Shown here piece after piece: positions 9,700 to 18,920 of a stretch of 64,000 nucleotides of DNA; position 1 is the stretch's first letter; every line of letters starts with the position of its first letter. The stretch is taken from IMG/VR virus record IMGVR_UViG_3300035698_029539; one strand, 5' to 3'. This DNA is from an uncultured virus (IMG/VR IMGVR_UViG_3300035698_029539) (taxonomy: Duplodnaviria; Heunggongvirae; Uroviricota; Caudoviricetes). Made by a program: the position numbers and the translations under genes. The notes beneath the pieces were generated by a model. The model ran no database searches. It had not been told where the DNA came from and was given only the letters and a program-made list of their open reading frames with translations.

Positions 9700-9864
9700 G
9701 GATGCCAGCCGTTCCCTGAAACTTACCCATCTAAGTCATATACCCAAATAGTGTTCAATTCCTAATTCATCAAAGTCAGTTTCGCTTATTTCTGTGAATA
9801 AGCCAGAGCTTCCTTCTCCAAAGGCGTTTTAAGGTCTCCGGCAAACTGACGGCGACCGTATCAT
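9700..9864 (-). ncRNA. Candidate structured leader or non-coding RNA
   Basis: Starts 25 nt below TATA (9889); GTCAGTTT/AAACTGAC stem encloses GCTTATT/AATAAGC and GCCGGAG/CTCTGGC stems; no long ORF. Confidence 0.4.
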
Positions 9865-9888
9865 AAATCAAAAAACAAACGGGCAAAG

Positions 9889-9897
9889 TATTTAATA
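9889..9897 (-). promoter_or_regulatory. Archaeal TATA box TATTAAATA
   Basis: Exact motif; predicts a transcription start at ~9864. Confidence 0.65.
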
Positions 9898-9931
9898 TTA
9901 ACGATTTTTTAAAATAAAGACCAAAAACGTC

Positions 9932-9960
9932 TTTTCGCTACACCTTTTTCTAAAAGGTGT
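9932..9960. terminator. Palindromic hairpin element at gene 3' end
   Basis: TTTTCGCT followed by ACACCTTTT-tct-AAAAGGTGT. Confidence 0.6.
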
Positions 9961-10268
9961 TATCCAAACATCGCATCCATTACATCCACATCATTTTTTT
10001 TGGGTGAATCCTCAGAAACGCTACTATCTCCTGTTTCCAAAATTACATCATCAGGATTTTCTTTGGCATATCTGACAGCAGCAATAAATACCGACCGAAT
10101 TAAAAAACTTAGACCATCCTGTATCTCTTTATTCATACCCTCTATTTTACCCCGAATATAATGGAAGTGAGCCGCAGAAATACCATAGGATTCTAAATGT
10201 TGTCCCAGAATGTCATCTATCGTTTTACCCTTGATTACAACTGTCAACGGTCTCTCAATTTCGTCCAT
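9960..10268 (-). CDS. Hypothetical protein ending in AMFG
   Basis: 102-aa ORF with own TATA box (~10303). Confidence 0.7.
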   Translation of the reverse strand: MDEIERPLTVVIKGKTIDDILGQHLESYGISAAHFHYIRGKIEGMNKEIQDGLSFLIRSVFIAAVRYAKENPDDVILETGDSSVSEDSPKKNDVDVMDAMFG

Positions 10269-10320
10269 CTTTGTGCCTCAATAATCATAATCTTGTAAAT
10301 TATATTTAAAGATTATTGTC

Positions 10321-11370
10321 TCAAGTGAACATATTGTCCGTCTGAATATCACGATTGGTAGATAGCTCATCTTTTAAGTCATGCTCATAAAATAATTCCA
10401 ATGGGACATCAGGATAACTATAAGATGTACCACCCTTCCTCCAAACCATTATACCAAACAATCCCTTATCTGTGACAACACTTATTTTATTAAATTCAGC
10501 AATAGTCATATATTTAACACGCCTATCCAAAATAGCATCCATATTGGCATCAGGGTCAACCCCCAATATGTAACCATCCTCAGATAATTCAACGCCCATC
10601 TGGTTAAATATCTGCTCCAACATATTCAGACCAATACCACCACTCGGTATAATCCCACTTCTAACCTTATTCAATACTTTTGGGTCTATGCCTTGCAAAA
10701 ATTTATTAACATATCCAGAAGGCTGTTTTACAATTCCCTGAAGCAAAGGAAATGATATGTTACTCGTCTTCCCTGTTAATTCTCCCTGCAAAAAGTTAAA
10801 TATCCTATCTCGGTAAAAATCACCCACTTTATTCGCAGGAAGTGTAGTCCTAAATTTATCTATATCATACTGCCATTGTATACTTCCGTATCTCTGGTCC
10901 AGCTTACCATCATCAATATGCCTCGGATGTTGCAATGGAGTAGAGCCAGATATAGCATTTCCTAAATTTGATTCCAATTTACCATAGGCAACCACCGAAT
11001 ATTCACTTATTCTGATAACGTTGGATTTCCACCGCTTACCAACTTTTTTTATTATCGGTTCCCCACCAATAGTTCTTTTTATCATCGTCTTCAAAGCAGT
11101 ATTCAATTTCTTGCATCCCTTACTCGCCGAAACGCCATCCAGCATCAACTCAATTAACATCTTGGCTTTTTCGTCAAGAGAACGCTTTAAAATAATACTA
11201 CGGCCCTTTCCACCACTCCGCTTGTATTTGATTCCCCTATCATCCATTATACGCTTAAGTACCTTTACAGATACACGAGCAATACGCCTCGCATCATCAA
11301 GACCTAAACCCATTTTTTTCATTAGAGCCAATGCATAATCTGCCTTTTCAATCGTCTTTTTTGTTGGCAT
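10321..11370 (-). CDS. Basic hypothetical protein with possible N-terminal HTH-like segments
   Basis: 349 aa; GLGLDDARRIARVSVKVL and GVSASKGCKKLNT resemble HTH patterns. Confidence 0.65.
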   Translation of the reverse strand: MPTKKTIEKADYALALMKKMGLGLDDARRIARVSVKVLKRIMDDRGIKYKRSGGKGRSIILKRSLDEKAKMLIELMLDGVSASKGCKKLNTALKTMIKRTIGGEPIIKKVGKRWKSNVIRISEYSVVAYGKLESNLGNAISGSTPLQHPRHIDDGKLDQRYGSIQWQYDIDKFRTTLPANKVGDFYRDRIFNFLQGELTGKTSNISFPLLQGIVKQPSGYVNKFLQGIDPKVLNKVRSGIIPSGGIGLNMLEQIFNQMGVELSEDGYILGVDPDANMDAILDRRVKYMTIAEFNKISVVTDKGLFGIMVWRKGGTSYSYPDVPLELFYEHDLKDELSTNRDIQTDNMFT

Positions 11371-11707
11371 ATGACATACTCCTTAAATCATTCTGTAACA
11401 CGTGCAACCTATCTTTAATCATAAATAAATCATTATTCCTACTATAAGACATCTGAGCACAAGAAATCTTTTCCATTATCGTACTGCCCACTCCTATTAA
11501 TAAATATCCAATATCCAATTTATTTAAATCAATGAATACCCTATCCTTAGTATGACTTTTCATGTAACCAGTATATCCATATAATCTAAATTTCAATCTC
11601 TTCGCTCCGCTACATTTGCGACTATCCGGTTTACAATTTATACTATCAATCAACAAATTCAAAATCTTGTCGTTCACCTCTAATTTAATTTTTCGCATCA
11701 TCAACAT
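11348..11707 (-). CDS. Hypothetical protein
   Basis: 119-aa ORF in overlapping chain, GAGGT RBS. Confidence 0.6.
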   Translation of the reverse strand: MLMMRKIKLEVNDKILNLLIDSINCKPDSRKCSGAKRLKFRLYGYTGYMKSHTKDRVFIDLNKLDIGYLLIGVGSTIMEKISCAQMSYSRNNDLFMIKDRLHVLQNDLRSMSYANKKDD

Positions 11708-12504
11708 ACCTCAATTAATCCATCATACATTACCTTTAGATAGTTTTCGCTGCACAGCTTATTTAAATCTTCTCTAAAAAACCTAAAATCCATACCCCTA
11801 TTCAATTCCCAATAATCATACGCTTCACTTATAATCTTTTTCGCAAGTTTTGTTTTCTCTCGTAAAGTTGATATCGTCTGAACCTTACCACTCTGCATAG
11901 CCCTATTAACAACAGATGTATCTTCCTTAACTTTCTTACCTTTACTCTTCCCCTTCTCGCTATAAGGCTTCCAAGCCTTCATATCCTTCTGGAAATCCTT
12001 TGCAATCTTCTTACTTGCAGCAAATCTATCATATTCCATCGCCTCGCAAAAATCCCATTTTCCATTTCCACATTCCTCATTGTATACCTTCTCCAAATCA
12101 AAAGTAACAGTGAATTTATCATCAACAGTTTCTTTTAAAAATCCAAAATGAATACCAGCATCAAAAAATGATACACTATCATTCATATCAAACCAACCCA
12201 ATTTTATTGCCACAGTCGTAGCAAAGTCCCATTTTGTCATATCCCCATAATTTCTTCGATAAACCCATGCAATCCCCCTCTTAAATATATCATAATAAGG
12301 ATTCTTATCAGATTTCTTTTCGACTACTTCAGAAGGCGTTTCTTTGACTTCACTATCTATTACTCCCTCTTTTATTAAAAATGTAACAATCTCATCCAAA
12401 TCTTTTTTTTCAATACCACGAGCAAGCAATGCCTTTCTCGCATCAGCTTCCTTACTAATGCTGTATCGCTTCAAAAACCCAATCATCTGGTCCGTTCTAC
12501 TCAT
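11701..12504 (-). CDS. Protein with archaeal DUF2240-like central segment
   Basis: DFATTVAIKLGWFDMNDSVSFFDAGIHFGFLKE..FTVTFD resembles the DUF2240 pattern as recalled. Confidence 0.55.
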   Translation of the reverse strand: MSRTDQMIGFLKRYSISKEADARKALLARGIEKKDLDEIVTFLIKEGVIDSEVKETPSEVVEKKSDKNPYYDIFKRGIAWVYRRNYGDMTKWDFATTVAIKLGWFDMNDSVSFFDAGIHFGFLKETVDDKFTVTFDLEKVYNEECGNGKWDFCEAMEYDRFAASKKIAKDFQKDMKAWKPYSEKGKSKGKKVKEDTSVVNRAMQSGKVQTISTLREKTKLAKKIISEAYDYWELNRGMDFRFFREDLNKLCSENYLKVMYDGLIEVC

Positions 12505-12512
12505 TCAATACC

Positions 12513-12752
12513 TCATGTCTTTTTACCACAGTCAGAACATTTTCCTGAACCTAATTTAAACAGTTTCGCAACAGGAATATGATAAGCATAATAAATACCA
12601 ATATTAACAGCATTCCACGCAACTGCCGTCCAACTCGCAAATACCAAACTACCAGTAATCAGCCAAAAAAAGCCAATTTGAGCAATTATCACTATTAAGC
12701 GAAATACCAAACCACTAAGCAGAATCCTCGATGTCTTTATCTTTCTCCACAT
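12513..12752 (-). CDS. DUF2061-like small membrane protein
   Basis: R-x-L-L...FR...WLITGSL...IYYAYH two-helix pattern. Confidence 0.55.
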   Translation of the reverse strand: MWRKIKTSRILLSGLVFRLIVIIAQIGFFWLITGSLVFASWTAVAWNAVNIGIYYAYHIPVAKLFKLGSGKCSDCGKKT

Positions 12753-13443
12753 TTTCCTTCCTCCGTAAGTAGATTCCTGTTTCAGACTCTGGTTCAGTAT
12801 TTATAGGTTGCTCCTTCGCAAATAAATCTCTGTATTCATCATCTATTTCCTCTTCTACTGTATCATTTTCTACATATTCAACTTCTGCCCATTCCTCAAG
12901 TGCTTCCAAGGCAACTATCCGTGCTCGATAATCATCGATACGTTTTGCCGTAATCGGAGTCCATCCACGCTCTAAAAAAATATTACATATCATAGCATCT
13001 CTACCATCATATAACATATATGGTATGACAATCACAATATCATCTTTCATATCCATATCTCTATCCGAACAAATACGCCATCTATAATCTTGTCCTGGCA
13101 AAATATAAACATCAAACGAATCATTCTCTGTTTCCCTGCATCCACTTATCGGCAGACCCTCTTTAAAATATTCAGTATTACTTACATTAAACTTCATAAA
13201 TCCCTTCATATCCCCCGTTACAATAGGCAACGAATCATAAACTATAAATTGTGTTGCCCTACTAATATTCTCATAAATATCGCACCATATCCCCCTTTTC
13301 AATAAAATTGTTTCTTCTTTCAACCATAAAGACAATGGATACTTTGCACCATTGACATCAGTAAAATAAACACTTTCAAAAAATCCTTTACTCGGTGGAA
13401 ATCTCCAAGTATGATATTGTCTTCTAATTGCCATCAATCCCAC
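12715..13443 (-). CDS. Hypothetical protein downstream of MCM
   Basis: 242-aa ORF overlapping the MCM stop, acidic tail. Confidence 0.7.
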   Translation of the reverse strand: MGLMAIRRQYHTWRFPPSKGFFESVYFTDVNGAKYPLSLWLKEETILLKRGIWCDIYENISRATQFIVYDSLPIVTGDMKGFMKFNVSNTEYFKEGLPISGCRETENDSFDVYILPGQDYRWRICSDRDMDMKDDIVIVIPYMLYDGRDAMICNIFLERGWTPITAKRIDDYRARIVALEALEEWAEVEYVENDTVEEEIDDEYRDLFAKEQPINTEPESETGIYLRRKENVEKDKDIEDSA

Positions 13444-15476
13444 ACTCCATCGGGTATTTTATCCTCGACAACATCAACGCCTACAACATCAACGCTTTTT
13501 TCCTTGTCCACATTCACGCCCGTAGCCTTTAACCTGTCCTTGATGCTTACACTTACAGCATCTGCCCCATCAAATCCTAACCATTCCAATATAACTTTCC
13601 CCACCTTATCATCACGCACCCGATATCCATCATTACCAAGCGAAGCTATATATTCATTTTTTAATAAACGACTCATCAGATTATCATAAAATTGATAAGA
13701 CTTTTTACCAAGACCTAATTCATGTCTCAAAGCATCATCATCACAGCCAGGATTTTTCTTAATGTATTTTATCGCAATAAGCTCCGATGAACTCAATCCA
13801 CTCGTGATAACCGCCATAGGTAAATCTTTGTTTAATGTTTGAATCGATGTGTTGAAAATCTTTTCAGCCTCACCCAAATCATCCATCGTTATAAATGAAC
13901 GCCCATTCAACTTGGAGAAACTTCTTACTAAATTTATAAATTGTATACGCTTCCTGTTATCCCTGTGACCCTTCACAACCAAAATACCCTCATACTCATC
14001 ACGCTCGCACATAGCGTTAATAGTTCTTTCTATCATTGTCATTGAATCGTATATTTTTACCTGAATTTGTGATACATATTTCAAATATTCCCGAAAAAAC
14101 GACTGATATAATAACCTCTTTATATAATCCTCACCGTCGTTTACAGCAAAGCCCTGTGTCGCCGCCAACGTCCTCTTACGGTCCCTTATAGCCCTTCCAC
14201 GCAAAGCATTGTTCATAGAAGCATCAAACATCATAGCTCGTATTTCCTCATCCATTTCAAATAACTGATTTCCCTTACTCTTACTATCCGATTCTATATT
14301 CTTATAAATCTTTTTTATCATTTCTTCATCTTCTTGATTCAATTTCCACTTTGCAAATATAAGCGTCATCCTCGATACTATCTGAATCCTGTACTCATCC
14401 TTTCCAAATCCTTCCAACATCTTAAGCGATTCATTCTCATCACCCTGCATCAAACCCGTAGGAGGATTACCCATAAACCACATATTCAAACATGCAGGTC
14501 TCCTGATATCCTGCATCTGACCCTTAGATATTACAACCTCACCATTAGCTAACACTCCTAATATCGCACCCCACATACTGCCAGTCCACGTCTGCATCTC
14601 AGATACAACCATTCTCGCACCATTGTATTTCTGCAACGTGCCTATCCCAATCTTACTCAAATCATTAGAATCCATTGCACCAACCAAACTCGCAATCGTA
14701 GTCGTATGCTTTCCCTCAACCTTTCCACTTCTAACCAAAGGAGCCAAAACATAATCAGCCCAATAATCCTTACCCTCACCCTGCGCCGCAATCACACCAA
14801 CATGCATCTGCTCCTGCCGAGCAGTCGGAGACAACGCAAATAATAACGTCGCCTTCTTAAACCAATCCTCACATGAAAATATCGTAAATAATTCATCAAT
14901 CATAACATCAATAGGCCGCTTCCCAATGTCCCTGCATAACTTCATAAAAATTTCAAAATCCGTTTCTGTCATTAATGAACTGACAACATCCCTCTCTAAA
15001 CTCAATGTATCTACAAAAAATAATGTTTTCAAACTCGATTTAGCTTTACTGGTCTGGATATTTAAAAATTGACCCGTAACACGAAGTTTTACACCCATTT
15101 CCTTGCCCATTTGCAGAATTTTGACATTATTTTCAAATGTATCATCATCTTTACCGTATAAAAATATCGACGATAAATTAGGAATAGCCACATTATGAAT
15201 AAGACATGGCACACTATCCGTTTTATGCCCAATATCAAACACAACCATAACTCTCTGTCGTAAATACATTTCATCGCTTGGAGTCATACCACTCGGTATA
15301 AATGAAGGGAAATCCTTTAGACCTAAAACATACCCCTCAAATTCAATATCCATATCACGACGATGCTTCATAGCATAAGCATCTGATGCATTTCGAATCG
15401 TTGTCGGAAACTTATCAACAGTCTCCCTTATGAATTTGGTTATATCGTCAATTTGAGCATCATCATCAATATTCAT
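13434..15476 (-). CDS. mcm: Divergent MCM-family helicase
   Basis: MCM-ordered motifs: HVGVIAAQGEGKD (Walker A), TTIASLVG, IGTLQKYNG..VVSE (Walker B), VVISKG, MGNP, VSRMTLIF (Arg finger), R..IQFINLVRSFSKL..ITMDDLGEA, C-terminal wHTH-like region. Confidence 0.8.
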   Translation of the reverse strand: MNIDDDAQIDDITKFIRETVDKFPTTIRNASDAYAMKHRRDMDIEFEGYVLGLKDFPSFIPSGMTPSDEMYLRQRVMVVFDIGHKTDSVPCLIHNVAIPNLSSIFLYGKDDDTFENNVKILQMGKEMGVKLRVTGQFLNIQTSKAKSSLKTLFFVDTLSLERDVVSSLMTETDFEIFMKLCRDIGKRPIDVMIDELFTIFSCEDWFKKATLLFALSPTARQEQMHVGVIAAQGEGKDYWADYVLAPLVRSGKVEGKHTTTIASLVGAMDSNDLSKIGIGTLQKYNGARMVVSEMQTWTGSMWGAILGVLANGEVVISKGQMQDIRRPACLNMWFMGNPPTGLMQGDENESLKMLEGFGKDEYRIQIVSRMTLIFAKWKLNQEDEEMIKKIYKNIESDSKSKGNQLFEMDEEIRAMMFDASMNNALRGRAIRDRKRTLAATQGFAVNDGEDYIKRLLYQSFFREYLKYVSQIQVKIYDSMTMIERTINAMCERDEYEGILVVKGHRDNRKRIQFINLVRSFSKLNGRSFITMDDLGEAEKIFNTSIQTLNKDLPMAVITSGLSSSELIAIKYIKKNPGCDDDALRHELGLGKKSYQFYDNLMSRLLKNEYIASLGNDGYRVRDDKVGKVILEWLGFDGADAVSVSIKDRLKATGVNVDKEKSVDVVGVDVVEDKIPDGVWD

Positions 15477-15515
15477 TTTATACAGCCACGCCTATTCTAT
15501 AATTAAAAAAAGAAT

Positions 15516-15551
15516 GAAGTTCGGCTCTCACCGAACTTCTCAAGGCGAAAA
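15516..15551 (-). terminator. Hairpin after the 15558 gene
   Basis: GAAGTTCGG-ctctca-CCGAACTTC, T-tract downstream on minus strand, GGCGAAAA flank. Confidence 0.65.
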
Positions 15552-15557
15552 ACTAAT

Positions 15558-16529
15558 CTACTGTGGGCTAAAGGTCTCACCCTTCAACAGATAGTATTGC
15601 TTATCTTCCGGCTGTACTCGCACAAAGCGAACCCAAACACCCTCGGCAGGAATATCAGGAACTCCAACAAACTCAGGCTCTTTGGTTTCTTTGTTAAAAG
15701 CAACCTGTACCTGTGCGTCGCCTTCTTTAGCTGGTACGTTCTTTCCAAGTTTCAAAACATCCCGGTTGAATGTCCTCAACGAGTTACCGTTCAAAATCAT
15801 TCTGTCGTATGTTACAGTCTTGTCAAAGTTCGTAAAATCCAGTGTCTCTGCATCAAAATTGAAAACCATAAATTCCCCAGGTGAACCATCTTCAGTTCTT
15901 TGTGGGTATGCGCTTATGAGCTTCATCTCATAAAGTATGTTGTGCGCAAGCTTCAATTTCTCTCCAGATTCCTTATCCTGCGAATCCTTCCACTTCTGAT
16001 ACTCACTATGCATTCTATTCACAAATTCATCAGCATTCTCCCATGTATCCGCAAAGGAATCCACAGTCTCGCCGAAAATCTGCTTATATCTCTTTCCTTC
16101 CTCTTCTATCTGAACAAACTGAATGTTCAATCCACCTTCGGGTATTACAGGCACAATTATATTTACTGCTTTGCCCTGTTCTTTGTCCCAATAAACCATC
16201 AGCGGCTTGAAACTTTCGCTGTTGGGAAGTCCACGAAGCACACGAGCCCGGAAGTTCCTCAGTGAAATACCCGATAGGTAAAACACATTGGCCTTTTCCG
16301 TGTTCGTAAACCCCTGAGATACAGGTGAACCATCCACGCTGAACCTCGTACCCATGTAGTCTCCCTTCTTGTCGTCCACCTTTCCCCAAGCATCCTCAAC
16401 GTGAAATCTATATACTTTGCCCGATTCCAGACCAAGCTTAATAGTCTCCACATCATATTGCTTTTTCCGCTCCTCTCGCTCACCATCCAATTTAGTCAAA
16501 AAATCCGTTACACTCAATGTCGTTTTCAT
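15558..16529 (-). CDS. Protein with an internally duplicated domain; candidate ssDNA-binding protein
   Basis: Halves share LxGxSLRxF..VL, VP.IP..G..(I/V).FV and GET; strong GGAGGT RBS; directly upstream of MCM. The SSB role is inference. Confidence 0.6.
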   Translation of the reverse strand: MKTTLSVTDFLTKLDGEREERKKQYDVETIKLGLESGKVYRFHVEDAWGKVDDKKGDYMGTRFSVDGSPVSQGFTNTEKANVFYLSGISLRNFRARVLRGLPNSESFKPLMVYWDKEQGKAVNIIVPVIPEGGLNIQFVQIEEEGKRYKQIFGETVDSFADTWENADEFVNRMHSEYQKWKDSQDKESGEKLKLAHNILYEMKLISAYPQRTEDGSPGEFMVFNFDAETLDFTNFDKTVTYDRMILNGNSLRTFNRDVLKLGKNVPAKEGDAQVQVAFNKETKEPEFVGVPDIPAEGVWVRFVRVQPEDKQYYLLKGETFSPQ

Positions 16530-16846
16530 TTTTTATACCTCCCCTGATTCTCGGCTCCACGATAACCTAATCATATCATCGCCGTATTCAAGGTAAAAAG
16601 CTCAATATTGAAATCATTTATAAATCTTGCTATCTATACCTTTTCTCAATCCTTTTTCACTATTTAATATATAAAAGTAACCTATTACTCATTGCTAATT
16701 GCACCTAAAATAATACTGTATAATACGTTATACAAACTGTATAAAAATTAATGTTATATTTTAAATGATGTATAATGCGAAATGTTATATTTATGTAATT
16801 TTATTGAGAAAAAGGAATGTTTATAAGCTCCCAATTTTTATAGGTA

Positions 16847-16898
16847 GTACCTTTTTCAAAAAAAGGTACGGCGAAAAAAAAAGATGGCAAAAACCACC
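16847..16898. terminator. Palindromic hairpin element at gene 3' end
   Basis: GTACCTTTTT-caa-AAAAAGGTAC followed by GGCGAAAA and GGCAAAAACCACC. Confidence 0.6.
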
Positions 16899-16901
16899 AG
16901 A

Positions 16902-18251
16902 TTATTCTCGTTGTTCTATCCTGCCACCGACACTTATCCTAAAAATTACCATCGAACTCAAATCATCCTGAATAATATATCTAAGTTTATCCAAATCCTC
17001 AGATTTCAATATCTCTGGACTTGCGAATCTCGATTCAATAGTTATTAGTGTATTTGTTCCGTCATACATTCCATTTGATATTTCTACTTCAGGAAATTGT
17101 AGCCAATCTTTTATGCCTGTGGCCGTAACACTTAATCGAACCTCATCCCCCTGCACACGTTGATATATTAGTCCGTTGGCCAGCGTCACTCCCAATATAT
17201 CATCATAGGATAGGCCATACATCGTACCATCAGCTATCGTAGAATTATATGAAGCCCCCACTATTATTTTTAGTGTTTCAACATGAAACCATGTTCCTGT
17301 ATCTGGTTCCATTATATATATAATAGAAGCACCCGTCTCTTCGACCTGCATTAAATCAATCCAAAAATTATTACCCTTGTGTGTATTCAATAATCTAAAC
17401 CCATCCAAAATTGCCAATGTCAATCCCATATCAACAAGAGGTATGGCAAATTTCAACCAAGTGTTCTGTAAACCAGTATCAACGTAATCATTTATATTTA
17501 CCCTATTTCCAACCTGAGTACCACCCACGTCCCATCCATAAAACTCCAAGTCCTCATTATTCTTCCATTTTGTTACAAAGATATATCCCGTTATGGCAAC
17601 GTAATTCGATAAATCTATATTCACTCCTCTATCAAATTGGGCAACATTATTAGCATCAGTCGCCGTAGCATCTATTGATTGTGCTGAACTCGTAAGATTT
17701 ACAGCATCACTCGTAGTTATTGCAGTTATATCATTACCCCTATCAATAACAACAGTAACAACTGCACCACTCGCACTCGCACTTACTCCAGCCAAGCCAT
17801 CAATGGCTACTGCCAAAGCTGTTGCCGTTGCAGGATTTGAAACCGCCGCAGCCCAATCAATACCCTCAGTAAGAATCGTTGGAACGCCATTTATCGTAAT
17901 TGTAAGCGTATCACCAGCAAGTAACGCAAAATTCACAACCTCTGCAACCGCATCAGCAGCATGAGTATCAGCGTCAACAAAATCCCATTTGGCACCGCCA
18001 ACTATCGCACTCGGAGTCCATTGAACCTTATCCCCACCATCATAAATTCCGTCTGGTGTACCACCAAATCCCGCCTCCTGATTCATATCAACCCCATAAA
18101 TATCATTCGAAAAAAATTCAACGCCACTCGTATAACTTTTCAATTGCCTCGTTGCGACTACCAATGCCTGTTTTTCACCACTGGTCGCATCAACTTCGGC
18201 ACTCTTGCCCGTACCACTATCCGTTATACTATTCTTCAACATCAGCCTCAC
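16902..18251 (-). CDS. Putative virion/tail protein, Ala/Thr-rich, with a possible carbohydrate-binding-like segment
   Basis: GDTLTITING...ATATALAVAID pattern typical of tail/sheath-type repeats; NTWLKFAIPL..FWIDLMQV. Confidence 0.55.
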   Translation of the reverse strand: MRLMLKNSITDSGTGKSAEVDATSGEKQALVVATRQLKSYTSGVEFFSNDIYGVDMNQEAGFGGTPDGIYDGGDKVQWTPSAIVGGAKWDFVDADTHAADAVAEVVNFALLAGDTLTITINGVPTILTEGIDWAAAVSNPATATALAVAIDGLAGVSASASGAVVTVVIDRGNDITAITTSDAVNLTSSAQSIDATATDANNVAQFDRGVNIDLSNYVAITGYIFVTKWKNNEDLEFYGWDVGGTQVGNRVNINDYVDTGLQNTWLKFAIPLVDMGLTLAILDGFRLLNTHKGNNFWIDLMQVEETGASIIYIMEPDTGTWFHVETLKIIVGASYNSTIADGTMYGLSYDDILGVTLANGLIYQRVQGDEVRLSVTATGIKDWLQFPEVEISNGMYDGTNTLITIESRFASPEILKSEDLDKLRYIIQDDLSSMVIFRISVGGRIEQRE

Positions 18252-18808
18252 TCATCATGGGTATGATAATACATATCTAAAAATCCTGCCAATGCCGCCG
18301 TCCCCGTTTGTACATACATCGTAAGTGTCGTATTTTTGGAAAGTACAACATCCATTTCGAAATTTGTGTAATCCGTTCCCGTTGAACTTGTATGATATAT
18401 ACGATATATTGTCCTGCCACCATCCAAACCCGTAATATCATTTCCATGCTGGAATGTACCACTCGCCGTTTTTCCGCTTCCAGCATTTAAATTTCCAGGT
18501 ACTATATCCGTTCCACCCAAAGGCGTTCCCGCATCGGTTATTACCACATCAACATATTCATCTGCCAACAGATACAATCCAAAACCCTCTATTATCAAAT
18601 CTTTTTCGTCTTCATTTTTAAGATACAAAAAACAATCCGCAGGAGCAGCCGGTGTGGCACTGAACAACAATGAATACGCATCACCGTGGTCCAAATTCGT
18701 ATGACTTTCTAAACTACGGCTAACACTATCGGACAATAATCTATTTTCAGAATCAACACCAGCACTCTTACCTGAACCTGTGCCATCTTCTATTTTCATC
18801 TTATTCAC
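18248..18808 (-). CDS. Putative virion structural protein
   Basis: Acidic beta-rich 186 aa; N-terminus resembles that of the downstream gene. Confidence 0.55.
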   Translation of the reverse strand: MNKMKIEDGTGSGKSAGVDSENRLLSDSVSRSLESHTNLDHGDAYSLLFSATPAAPADCFLYLKNEDEKDLIIEGFGLYLLADEYVDVVITDAGTPLGGTDIVPGNLNAGSGKTASGTFQHGNDITGLDGGRTIYRIYHTSSTGTDYTNFEMDVVLSKNTTLTMYVQTGTAALAGFLDMYYHTHDE

Positions 18809-18920
18809 TCTCCACTAAATGCCGAGTAGTCGGAACAAATCCCATGAATACATCATCCCCAAAATAGAGATATAACTGAATATCTCAAGAATCGGAATGA
18901 AAAATATTTAATATTTTCGT

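Noticed and set aside
18730..18808. GTGSGKS read as a Walker A motif
   Set aside because: At the extreme N-terminus with no preceding strand or Walker B; the neighbour has the same structural-type motif
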